Origin: Octopus sinensis
Lineage: Eukaryota
Assembly: GCF_006345805.1 (NCBI RefSeq)
Contig: NC_043010.1
Span: 2,356,001-2,420,000 of the forward strand
Direction of reading: 5' to 3'
DNA: 64,000 bases
Shown here: positions 38,817 through 50,814 of the stretch, piece after piece
How the letters are laid out: each line of letters starts with the position of its first letter
Numbering within the stretch: the first letter of the stretch is position 1
Notes under the pieces: model-generated
Seen by the model: only the letters and a program-made list of their open reading frames with translations
Databases searched by the model: none
What the model was told of the DNA's origin: nothing
Translations under genes and position numbers: made by a program

Positions 38817-39339
38817 CGTGCGCAAATTGATTTACTAACTGAAGCAAAATGTTGGGCTTATCTAACGCACATTGCGATTCTGCGATTTTGTGGGAAAAGT
38901 TATGTTAAGTCCCTAATGAAATTGATCTGGCAGCCTTGAACGAACCAACGATAGCGACTCAACGTGATTACACGACCTGCTAGAAAAAGTAGCCAAATAC
39001 CCCTCATAACACACTCCTCTTGCCTATAAAAAAAAAAACAAAAAAAAAACAGACACACTGATAATAAAATCTTCGTTTTTTAGCATATGAGGAAATTATG
39101 GGGTGGTCAAGGGTGGAATTTTTTTGAGCATGCGTCAACTCAATCAGAGCTGACCTAGGCTCAAACGCCAACATAATATGTTTCTAAACGTAGAATTTTC
39201 AAGTAATTTCAACAGAGTAAACAAATTAATGATGGGACAGAGTAGCCTCCCTTACATAAAGAAACATCAAACTCGCGGCTTCTGACATGAAATTACTTTG
39301 ATGTGTAAATGTATTAAGTTTATAGGGATTAACATGTCC

Positions 39340-39557
39340 GATATACATATACATATATATATACACACACACACACACATATATATATATACACACACAC
39401 ACACATATATATATATACACACACACACACACAATATATATATACACACACACGCACACATATATATATACACACACACGCACACATATATATATATACA
39501 CACACACACATATATATATATATACACACACACATATATATATTATACATATATATA

Positions 39558-39607
<50 letters not shown>
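39340..39607. repeat. Compound (TA)n(CA)n microsatellite with higher-order period
   Basis: Direct reading. Confidence 0.95.
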
Positions 39608-39610
<3 letters not shown>

Positions 39611-40705
39611 ACGTATTTAAACGTATTTTTTCCTATTTGAATTTTTTACTTCATAAAATACAAATTTATATTTATTTTCGTTAATGTGCAAAGTCAATTT
39701 AATTACAAACTGCAAACGGACACACATTTTTTTTACTAGTTTTCTGATAGGAAAAATAAATAAAACATAAAATATGCAAATATCTTAAATATTGATATAT
39801 TAATATAAATATTGATTTCGATTTTTAATATGAGTACTCGGCCACAAATTTCAATGGTGGAGAAGTATCTAAGACGATTAAATGGATACATGGACCTCAA
39901 ACTTCACGGATCCTTTTTATTTTTATTGACTCTGGAGAGATGGGGAATTACAACCGTGTTTCGTGGTCTGCTACCACAACAGCTCCTTTATAGGATCCAG
40001 TTAGCTCAAGACATCATCAGAAGGAACCACGTCCAGTTTTGGCCCCTACTCCTCTACCGTTTTGACATGGCGGGGCCCCCCTTTCGGAGGTGTCTTCAGC
40101 TCTGGTGTTGGGTGCATGTCTTCTTTCTTCTTCTTTCTTCTGTTCCCTGGCCTCAGGCCGACCCTGGGAAATTTGAACTCAGAACATAAAGAATCCTAAC
40201 CACGATGTACTTTGTCCACCCCTCTACCAATTCTGCAAATACATTGCTAAAAGAATGATACCATTCTTAAGCCCCGGGTCAATCTTTATTTAACTGATGA
40301 TCTATTGTTATTCATCCCACACAGAGTGTGTGTTTAAGAAGTTTGCTTTCCGAACACGTGGGTTTTGGGGGTTCAGTCACAGCAGAGAACCTCAGGCGAG
40401 TGTCTTCTATAACCGAGAGCTGACCAGAACCTTGAATAAGTTTGGTAGATGTACACCGAAAGAGGCTTATCGTGTGTGTGTGTGTGTGTGTGTTTCTTGT
40501 CCTGACATCATTTTTTAGTTGTAAATGGGTGTCATTCTCAAACAAGCAATGACATTCATTTTCAGCCTTTCTTGAAAACATGTCTAACCAAAAGGGAATA
40601 TTACCTTACTCGAAAACAGATGAGGGTTGGAGACATTAAAGAAAAATGGGTGGTTTAGAGCTGAAAAGATAAGGTGAAGTTGCATAGGAGTGCAACTCAT
40701 AAGGC

Positions 40706-40915
40706 TGAGGGAGTGCTGAAAAGTTCTAGGCATTGGGTAAAAGAAAATACAAGAGAATCAGTTAATTATGATTTTATTCAACATATTCCCTTCTTAGATT
40801 CACACACTTATCGCAGCAGTCCTTCAGTTTTTCTAAGTAATATAAAAGAACGTTAGTCTTCCAACCAGGGTTTCCACAATACTTCAAAGCCAAGAACTTT
40901 TCAGCAACCCTTCAT
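40706..40915. mobile_element. mariner-type MITE
   Basis: TIRs GAGGGAGTGCTGAAAAGTTCT / AGAACTTTTCAGCAACCCTTC. Confidence 0.7.
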
Positions 40916-41145
40916 ATGTATGTATGTATATATATATTCTTTTATTCTTTTATCCGTTTGAGTAATTTGACTGTGGTCATGCTGGAGCACCGTCTTTAAT
41001 CAAGTACCCCAGGACTTATTCTTTGTAAGCCTAGCACTTATTCTATCTGTCTCTTTTGCCAAACCGCTAAGTTACGGGGACATAAACATACAAGTATTGG
41101 TTTTCAAATGATGGTAGGTGGGGGACAAACACAGACATACAACCA

Positions 41146-41184
<39 letters not shown>

Positions 41185-41630
41185 CAGGCTTCCTTCAGTT
41201 TCCGTCTACCAAATTTACTCACAAGGCTTTGGTCAGTTCAAGGCTTTAATAGAAGACACTTGCCCAAGGTGCCACGCAGTGGGACTGAACCCAGAACTAT
41301 GTGGTTGGTAAGCAAGCAACTTACCACACAGCCATGAATATATACAGGGTTATATCCAATTTCATTACGCAATATTTTAATAAGGAAAAGCAATAGAAAA
41401 TTAGAATATATATGATGAAGTTTGTTAATTTATTTGAAGCTAAAAATTTATTCCACTCTGGTGAAATTACCTTTGGAACAGGAAACTCAGATTTGCATGG
41501 AAGTGTAACTTAAGCTTCAATTATGTTAAGGTAAATATGTATGTGTGTGTATATATATATATATATACACACACATTCACATACATACCTATACAATGTC
41601 TAATATGTATATAAATATATAATATGTCTA

Positions 41631-41661
<31 letters not shown>

Positions 41662-41711
41662 TTCACAGACATACCTATACAATGTCTAATATGTATATAC
41701 ACTTATGTCTA

Positions 41712-41745
<34 letters not shown>

Positions 41746-42089
41746 ATGTAAATATATATATATGTGTGTGTGTGTGTATGTATATATATATAATATGTCT
41801 AATATATATATATATATATGAAATATAATATAATATAGGTAAAAATGTCTAGGGACACACTGTGCATGAAAACCAAATAGTAAGGTCAGGTCAGTGCTAA
41901 CATACCTAATGTAGTGGGACAAAAATATTCCAATTAAAATTACACACTTGACAAAGAAAAACAATTTATGAGTTAAATTATAAATTCTGGTTAAGAAAAT
42001 TTGGTGACAATAGGTATAAATATTCAGTGTGGTGCAGGTGCAATAAATAAAGCTAATTATATCTACCTTCAGAATCAGTGGCAGCATAC

Positions 42090-42125
42090 AAGTCATTGGC
42101 TGCTTTGCACTGAGAATCTTTTGCA
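42090..42125 (-). CDS. Candidate 36-nt phase 2-2 cassette exon (AKDSQCKAAND)
   Basis: Acceptor ttatttatttatttag|, donor |gtatgc; phase 0 closed. Confidence 0.45.
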
Positions 42126-42146
42126 CTAAATAAATAAATAACTATA

Positions 42147-42560
42147 CTCTTTACTCTTTTACTTGTTTCAGTCATTTGACTGCGGCCATGCTGGAGCACC
42201 GCCTTTAGTCGAGCAAATCGACCCCGGGACTTATTCTTTGTAAGCCCAGTACTTATTCTATCAGTCTCTTTTGCCAAACCGCTAAGTGACGGGGACGTAA
42301 ACACACCAGCATCGGTTGTCAAGCAATGCTAGGAGGACAAACACAGACACACAAACACACACGCACATATATATATATATATATATATACATATATACGA
42401 CGGGCTTCTTTCAGTTTCCGTCTACCAAATCCACTCACAAGGCTTTGGTCGGCCCGAGGCTATAGTAGAAGACACTTGCCCAAGGTGCCACGCAGTGGGA
42501 CTGAACCCGGAACCATATGGTTGGTAAACAAGCTACTTACCACACAGCCACTCCTGCGCT
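42147..42560 (-). mobile_element. Young, full-length family-A SINE
   Basis: CpG-rich, close to the family consensus; head GCGCAGGAGTGGCTGTGTGG...GGTTCAGTCCC. Confidence 0.9.
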
Positions 42561-42688
42561 TATATATATATATATAAGAATTTTTTGCGTAATAAGATAA
42601 GTTGCCAACAGGAAGGACATGTAGCAATAAAACTCCTACCCCAATAATTCCATGCCACTCATGCTGGGAATGGCAAAACAAACATTAA

Positions 42689-43135
42689 CCCTTTAACATT
42701 TAAACGGGCTATATCCAGCTCAAATATTCCACTTGTTTTGTGATTCAACTGTTCAGATCAGGCTTCTCACACCCGTCCTATAATGTCATCTAAAAATATA
42801 CAATCACCTCATCAAAATCTCAAAGCTACACAATGAGGCAGGATTCATTCAAACCAATGTGAATAAACAATTGCAGGGTGGAAGGTGTTTATAAGCCATT
42901 TAAGAAACTCACAAAAACCGTTTAGATTCACTTCAATATTTAAATTAAATTTAAATGTTGAAGTGAATCTAACAATTTTTGTGTGTTTCTTAAATGGCTT
43001 ATAAACACCTTCCATGCTGCAATTGTTTTTGTTCCAGCACACGATCTCAGATCAGGTCACTTGCTATGCAAGTACATCTCTGTAATGTGAATAAATAAGT
43101 ATAAAATTGGACAGAGTGATCTGAGTGCCAAACGG
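42689..43135. mobile_element. piggyBac-type MITE interrupted by a palindromic insertion (42868-43083)
   Basis: TTAA flanks; insertion bounded by a 12-bp duplication AATGTGAATAAA (42856-42867, 43084-43095). Confidence 0.75.
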
Positions 43136-43514
43136 TTAAACAGATGACAATCCCATATTCCCTCTCTCTCTCTCTTTCTCTGTTCCTTTTATCATACTTT
43201 ATCTTTTTCTTACCTGGCATAAAGCCATCTCCCTAATAACTGCTCCCCACTCAGTTGAGAAGACTTACTCTTAAGGGTTACTCGGTCGCCTTAGGGCACC
43301 AGTGTCACATACAAAGCATCCAGTGCACACTGTAAAATGGCTGGCGTTAAGAAGGGCATTCAGCCACAGAAACAATGTCAAAGCAAACATGGAACCTGAC
43401 ATGGGAGCTTGTAAGCTCATATTGAATCCTCTGACCCATGCCAACATGGAAAACAAATGTTAAATGATTATGAGTTTGGTGATGATGATGATATACATAT
43501 ATATATATACAGAC

Positions 43515-43655
43515 ACACTAGCATAGTTAGGGGGGCAGTAGGGGCAGTCCACCCCAGGTGGCACTTTTAAAGGGGCACTACTTTTGGGTCTGCTGTAGGA
43601 AATATGTGTCTTTTGCATGGTCCGGGGGTGGCACACACTCAAGTTACACTAGTGT
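43515..43655. mobile_element. Short MITE (related inverted copies ~27828-27997 and ~29168-29337)
   Basis: TIR CACTAGCATAGTT / AAGTTACACTAGTG; shared internal CACCCCAGGTG.CA.TTTTAAA. Confidence 0.6.
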
Positions 43656-43670
43656 ATGTGTATGTATGTA

Positions 43671-43709
<39 letters not shown>

Positions 43710-44292
43710 ACACACACACACACATAAATATACATATATATAAGCCTAAATAATCCTTATTTTTAAAAGTCTTATTTATGAATGTTGGAAATATATATGT
43801 ATATATATTTATGTATATATACATATATATATATACATATATATATATATACATATATATATATACATATATATACATATATATATATAAATATCACTTT
43901 CCACAGATACATAGCAACCCACCAGATTCACAGAAGCTAGTTCACATGTTACCAAGATTCTAGCCATAAAACACACAATCCAACTTAGAGGTGATTTATT
44001 ACTTCAAACATTGAAATGAATATCTTTTCTTTTTACTTCAATCTTTTTAGCTTGCATCTCACAAAGTCAGCAAAATCAAATAAAAATCTGATTTTCATAT
44101 ATTTTTTCCTATTTTATTATTCATTTTATCTTTTACTTTTACTTATATTTTATCTTGATTTATTTTGTATTTTTATTTATTTAATTATGTTATTTAATTA
44201 ATTAATTTATTTCATTTTTGTAAAATATTCTATACAATGCAATATTGATTTCTAATACTGTCACAAGAATACAGATTCAAAGAATGTGAGCA

Positions 44293-44656
44293 TCTCTCTA
44301 TATAGAAACGGCAAAATGTCTGTGTGTATGTCCTTTATACAAATCCACAATTTTTCAGTTAGAGGGCTCACACTCTCTATGGTCATTTAAAACCGTCCAA
44401 GGGTGGTCGTGCACATCTTTACATTTCCCCAGTCACCCCACAAAGCCATTAAAAAATCAATAGAAGTGACTTTTTTGTGAATTTTCTATCCAAAACCCAC
44501 TCAAAATGCCCGAAACTTGATAGGCCAATTGAACGCCAGCTAGCTGCATGTGATTGGTCAGAGATTTGGACAGTACTCGCGTGTATGTGCACACGCACAC
44601 AGCTGTATATGCATGCACTAGCACTATGACCCAGCAACGCCGGGTCATAGTGCTAG
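44293..44656 (+). mobile_element. Non-autonomous Helitron
   Basis: A|TC start, CTAG|T end, subterminal hairpin, no TSD; second copy at 58779-59137. Confidence 0.85.
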
Positions 44657-44914
44657 TATTAGAATATATCTGTTACTCTATATTACTGGTATGTAACCCA
44701 TGACAATTGAAGGGATGAAGAAACAGGCCAGTCAGGGCAATATTCCAAGTCAGAAAGTAAATCAACATAAACGTATGGTATAAAATATTTATGGTGGTGT
44801 CTGAATTTGAGAAAGATTCTCCATGACAAATTAGCAGCAAGTGCAGCCTTTGTACAAATGAATTATGTCTGAAACATATTTCAACTAACCTAAATGTTTG
44901 TTTGTTTGCAACAC

Positions 44915-45410
44915 GGCCCCAGAACACACCAGTCACATCAACAACTTTGTCAATTGTTTTCTCCAAGATCAGTTCATGAATTTTTGTGATGTTTTCATTT
45001 GTTTGGGTGGTCAGTGGTCATCCTGAATGAGGTTGGTCGTCAAGCAACAAGTGACCATTCCAAAAGGATTAGAAACCACTCGTAAACTTGTGTTTTGCTC
45101 TCATGGCAGCATTCTTGTAAGCTGTTTGAAGCATGACAACTGTTTTGGCTGCCATTTTTCTCAGTAGAAAGCGGAATTTCACAGAAGCATGTTGTTCCTT
45201 CATTTCAACCATCACAAAAATCGATGGACAGAGGAGAAGCACTGCAAAACAAAGATGCACCACAGGGCAGTACAACTTCACATGATGCTGCTGGTCAGCA
45301 GACCGATGCCTGAGGGTTGCATCAAGTGGCTTCTACTGGCAGAAGCCTGAACCAGAATAGGTTTGTCCCACAGAGAATGTTTCCAGTTACTTTTGGGACC
45401 CCCTTGTGTA
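44915..45410 (-). mobile_element. mariner transposase 5' relic, second subfamily
   Basis: MKEQHASVKFRFLLRKMAAKTVVMLQTAYK...TIDKVVDVTGV; TIR-like ACAAGGGGGTCCCAAAAGTAACTGGAA next to TA repeats. Confidence 0.75.
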
Positions 45411-45414
45411 TGTG

Positions 45415-45461
<47 letters not shown>

Positions 45462-45698
45462 CTTTATTTAAAGCAGCAGAAAATTCAACAAAATCTGTTA
45501 CTCTGAGATTCTCGTTGCCGTTTATCAGACAGTTTTTGCTATAATTTTAGCAAAAACTGTCTGATGAACGGCAACGAGAAACTCAGAGTAACAGATTTTG
45601 TTGAATTTTCTGCTGCTTTAAATAAAGCATATTACTCTACCACTGGTATTTGAGTACTCTTTTTTCCACCTTGTTTCACATTTATGTGTTTACTCCAG
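45462..45698 (+). mobile_element. Palindromic Penelope-type fragment with hammerhead motif (45557-45594)
   Basis: ~80-bp inverted arms; CTGT-CTGATGA-A-CG gcaa CG-A-GAAAC-TCAGA-GTA^ACAG; inserted in (TA)n. Confidence 0.75.
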
Positions 45699-46347
45699 TA
45701 TATATATATATATATAAAAGGTACAAGGAGATTTATTTCATTTCTTCTCCCTTTCTAGACATAAACTACCACAATAATTATCACTGATGAGCAATATTCT
45801 TCCACTGATACATATGTTTAACCTGTCTCACTTCAATGACAGGATATTTGGCCTATGGAATCCTCACTTGACATGATGTTCCAATAGCTGGGATATTTTA
45901 GAAACAGCTGTTAGAGACTATGTAAACCATTTATTATATAGATAGATTAAATGTCCTTGTCAAGTCTTGCCAAACTATTTGCCTATACTTTTTTTTCTGC
46001 TTGTTTTTACCCCTCTGCAAGGTAGTTTTATTCTAATTCTCTCGCAGGAAGGACTAGTTTGGCGAGTCGTGTCCTGTCTTGCTTTCAAAACACGCTAGAG
46101 TCGAACTAGTGACAGCTGATGATAGGAGATTTTTCCTCGTGTAGTATGTCCTGTACTCTGTTTTTCTGTTGTAAAAAAAAATGGTTTTTCCGTTTTCGTT
46201 TCTTGTTGAGTTCTACGTCTAGTTGTGGTGTCCTGTACTCACGTATATATATTTATATATGCATGTATATATACATGTAGATGTAGGTATGTACATATAT
46301 GTTTGTATGTACGCATATATTTTATTTATTACACTATATATATATAT

Positions 46348-46680
46348 AGGCGCAGGAGTGGCTGTGTGGTAAGTAGCTTGCTTACCAACCACATGGTTCC
46401 GGGTTCAGTCCCACTGCGTGGCATCTTGGGCAAGTGTCTTCTGCTATAGCCTCGGGCTGACCAATGCCTTGTGAGTGGATTTGGGAGACGGAAACTGAAA
46501 GAAGCCTGTCGTATATATGTATATATATATGTATGTGTGTGTATGTTTGTGTGTCTGTGTTTGTCCCCCTAGCATTGCTTGACAACCGATGCTGGTGTGT
46601 TTACGTCCCTGTCACTTAGCGGTTCGGCAAAAGAGGCCGATAGAATAAGTACTGGGCTTACAAAGAATAAGTCCCGGGTC
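46348..46680 (+). mobile_element. Young family-A SINE, 3' truncated
   Basis: Near reverse complement of 42147-42560. Confidence 0.9.
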
Positions 46681-47632
46681 GGGACATATACTTGCGTATT
46701 TAGATTGGATTGTGTAAGTGTCAATACTATATTAAGTATTATCCTGGTGTAGGAGAAGCTTCCAATGGATAAGGGAATTTGTCAGTGTGTGAGCATCTCT
46801 TTAATAAATCACCCTTTGTGTTTAGACAGTTGCCTAAGCTATTAACTTATCCAATATAAGCTTTGCTGGGATGACCAGTCTAATTTGTATAATTATTTTC
46901 TAATTTTCAGAAAATGGGTGTATTTTTCTCCAATAGATCTCCAAATAGAGATGCAAGTAGTCGGCACAACCCCAGTATTTTCTGTTCCGGGGAAAAGAAA
47001 ATATTTGTTTCCATGTTACAGTAAGGTCTGTAACTCAAGAACTGAAGAGTTTTGGTAATGTGCTCTTGAGTGTACTGTACCTAGGAGAAAGATGTTTTGG
47101 CCACTATTAGAATGCCATTAATCACAGAGCTGTTCAATCAGGACTTAAGAGGGGTAGGAAACTAAATGGTAACAGTAACAACAAGCACAGAACCTTAACA
47201 GAAAAATATAGAATACATAAAAAATGTTTTAAAAAAGCCAACAGCTATTTGTAAGCACTTACTCTCCTATTTGTCCACATTTTCTAATACCTCACTTAGC
47301 TACCTTTCTATTAATAGTTCTTCCAACAACAGTAACAATACCAACAGCAACAATGCCAACAATAACAACAACATTATCAGCATCAACAATTAAAGCTGTT
47401 ATTCTGAATTCTGATACATTTTAACACTAATAATAAAACTTCCTCCCTTCTTTTACTCTCTTTCAATTTCCCTCTCTTTCCTCCTCTCTTTCTCTCTCAG
47501 TTTCTCTTGTACTGATTTAAAACAATTGCCCCCATTAATATTTTACAACACCCTCATTAACCCTTTCCACGATACACTGGAAATGTTGGATGATAGGAGA
47601 TAGCTTTTTATAATTATTTATTGATTATTCTG

Positions 47633-47678
47633 TCAGAGAAAACAAACTTGGCACAAACAACAAGAACCATTCATATTT
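47633..47678 (-). CDS. Candidate phase-2 terminal exon (NMNGSCCLCQVCFL-stop)
   Basis: Very strong acceptor cttttctctctcctttctttttccaaccag|; frame assumed from neighbours. Confidence 0.25.
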
Positions 47679-48885
47679 CTGGTTGGAAAAAGAAAGGAGA
47701 GAGAAAAGCAGTTGAATACTGTACACACACACACACACACAAATACACACACACACACACAGATACATACGTATGTATGTGTGTATGTATGTATAGACAT
47801 ACACACATACACTCTACTTGTGTCTGTTTTTATTACCTTTCCTCACACCCTATTAATGCATCTTTTTTTAATATCCTCTGGTATTTTCCGGAGCCATTAG
47901 CTTTAGCTATAATTGATGCTATTTCTCAACTATTATTCTAACTACAAATCACCTGAGTTCCTCTTTTAGAACAACCATTCTGAATTTACCTTCCCCAACC
48001 TAGCACAGCAATTATTTGTGCTACACTGACCATTCATTCCACCATATTTGTTCCTCCTATTCTAACATTGTCTGTCACCATCAATACTTATAACTATCTT
48101 CATTTCAAATTTATCATTTCAAATTGAGTTGTGCCAATGTTTCTTCAGAGTTTATCCTCAGACATTCATTTACACCTAGCTATACAAATATACAAATATA
48201 CTTTTTACAGCCACACATCTTCTTTCTTCTCAATATTCCTACCAAATTTAGTGTTGTCTTCTTTGAAAAATCGATTACTACCATATTTATCCTTGCTTAT
48301 CATGTATGGAGGGTGGGGGCCAGTTAATTGTGAGGTCAAGGACAACACGAGAGCATGAGTTCAAAACTTAGTACAACCTTTGTAATATGTTCTTGAGTAA
48401 AATAGAAAGCCCTAGCCGTCTCAGTTTTATTGACCACTGACAGTTTCTGGCATATTAGGGAAAGGGCAAACATCAAGCTGTGATGCTACTTTAATGATAT
48501 GAATAAATAAATGCTCATCTATAAAATACAAGAGCTTTGGTTGGTCAAGTTTGACCATGCATTTGAGTAAGACTGGCAATTGCCTATACAAGCATGTCTC
48601 CCCTTTCCATGGCTTTGATGTTTATTCAAAAAGTAAGACTGTTTGCTTGGGTATGACATGTTTTGACACAACTGTTTTGGTGCTGACTATTTGACATTAC
48701 TGATTCAATGATGACTTATTTGACATTTGCTTTAATCTCTCTCTCTCACTCTCTCTCTTTTTCTCACTCACTCTCTCTCTCACTGTTTATGTGCATAAAC
48801 ATCACATTTCTATCTACACGCATGAGGAGAGGGAAATGTTTATATCAATTATGTTCAATAAAATAAACTGTAATGCCTGTCTCTC

Positions 48886-49096
48886 TCACTTTTTCTTTCT
48901 ACGTGTGTTCATTCCTGCATAGGTTTGCTTCCAGTGCCAAAACGTAGTGTCACCAAAACAAGCTGAATGTCCAATGAGCCATGCCAAATTAACAGCAGGC
49001 AAACAGCTGCACCCAATTATCTCATTCCTAGCTTCCATGGGTTCATACAGCTTGGCACCATTATCATAGCAGGCATTGCTATCAGTACACAAAAAG
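48886..49096 (-). CDS. Candidate phase-2 terminal exon (FLCTDSNAC...WHWKQTYAGMNTRRKKK-stop, 69 aa)
   Basis: Acceptor ccagtctctgtttcag|; 69 open codons; partly homologous to 8570-8676, so it may be repeat-derived. Confidence 0.3.
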
Positions 49097-49885
49097 CTGA
49101 AACAGAGACTGGAAGCTATTTTGCCTGACACTTTACCAGTTCCATCGATCCCCTTCCCTGGATTGGTCCATTTTTGATTCACCCTAAGAAGATGAAAAGT
49201 AAAGTTGATTTCAGTGAGATTGGAACTTACAGTGCAGAAAGTCAGAATAAATATTGGTTTCAAATTTTGGCACAAGGTCAGAAATTTTAAGACAGTGGGT
49301 AAGTCAATTACATTGACCCCAGTGTTCAACTGGTACTTATTGTATGAAAAACAAAGTTGATCTCAGCAGAATTTGAACACAGAACATAAAGACAAACGAA
49401 ATGTGCCTAAGCATTTCGCCTGGCATTCTAACGATTTTGCCAGCTCGCTACTTTAGTCGGAACAAATATCAGTTTCGAATTTTATCACAAGGCCAGCAAT
49501 TTCGGGGGAGGGGGTTAGTCATTAACATCAACCCCATTGTTCAACTGGGACTTATTTTATTGACCCTGAAAGAAAGAAAAGCAAAGTCAACTTCAGCAGA
49601 ATTTGAAGATGGATGAAATACTCCTAAGTTTTTTTCACCCAACATGTTAACAATTTTACCAGCTCACTTCCATTTTGGGAACAAATTTTGCAAGGTTTTT
49701 TATCCAATGTTCTATCCAAATCATTCTATCTAAGGACTCAGAAAATTCACCATAACATCATTTTCATCATTTGATATCCATTTTCCATGCTGGATGGATT
49801 AACAGGATCCAGTGAGCAGCAGGACTGCTTTAAATTCCAGTGTCAGCTTTGGTATGGTTTCTAGAGCTGGATGCCCTTCCTAACA

Positions 49886-49979
49886 TTAATGTTCCTTCTC
49901 GAGACATGCCAGGTTCATAAAGGCCCGTTTCCTCAAATTATTACATAAAGTTAACGATCTCAGTGTTGTCCAAACAGAC
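49886..49979 (-). CDS. Candidate phase-2 terminal exon (SVWTTLRSLTLCNNLRKRAFMNLACLEKEH-stop)
   Basis: Acceptor attttgttttcag|G; 30 open codons. Confidence 0.3.
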
Positions 49980-50814
49980 CTGAAAACAAAATCTGTTAAG
50001 TTTAAGCTACATCTCACTCCCAGATTCTTCTTTCTATCCTCTTTTTCTCTCATTCTTTTCTTTTCTTTTCTTCATTATCTCCTTTTTTCTATATCCTCTC
50101 CCTCTTTCCTTCTCCCTAAAACATAAGAAGTTGTTGCTATTGGTTACATATTTCCAACCTTGATTAAACCATTTAGCATTCAAATTATTCTGTCAAAAGT
50201 GAAGGCATGTGGCTTAGTGGTTAGGGTATTCAGTTCATGATCATAATGTCATGAATTCAATTCCCAGTGATGCAAGGCACTTTATTTCACATTGCTCGAG
50301 TTCACTCAGGTGGCTAAAATGAGTTGCATCACTATTTCAAAGGACCAGCCTTGTCACACTCTGTGTCATGCTGAATCTCCCTGAGAATTACATTAAGGGT
50401 ACACATGTCTGAGGGGGCTGTTTATGAGCAGGCTGTTCCATTCATTGGATCAGCTGGAACTCTTGTTGCCGTAAGCAACAGAGTGTCACTTTATTCTCTC
50501 AAATGTAATGCTTTATTTATTCACGTAATTTTGAATTAATCCTGAATTATCTCATAGCTTCAAGATTTCAATGATGTAACTCTCTACACTATCTTTTACT
50601 TGTTTGAGTCATTTGACTGCAGCCATGCTGGAGCACCGCCTTTAGTCGAGCATATCGACCCCAGGACTTATTCTTTCTAAGCCCAGTACTTATTCAATCG
50701 TCCCTTTTGCCGAACTGCTAAGTTACAGAGATGTAAACACACCAGCATCGGTTGTCAAGCGATGTTGGGGGGACAAACACAAACACACATTCATATATAT
50801 ATATATATATATAT

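Noticed and set aside
39256-39281. 26-nt minus exon candidate
   Set aside because: Donor is part of the GAGT.GCCTCCCTTAC motif that recurs near 63084, so probably repeat-derived; not a multiple of 3.
39945-40110. CTGATGA/CTGAAGA...GAAA motifs on the minus strand
   Set aside because: Stem I pairing could not be formed; not counted as hammerheads.
46911-47020. Plus-strand exon candidate (also the donor at 25976)
   Set aside because: Isolated, with no consistent plus-strand chain; an antisense gene is not excluded.
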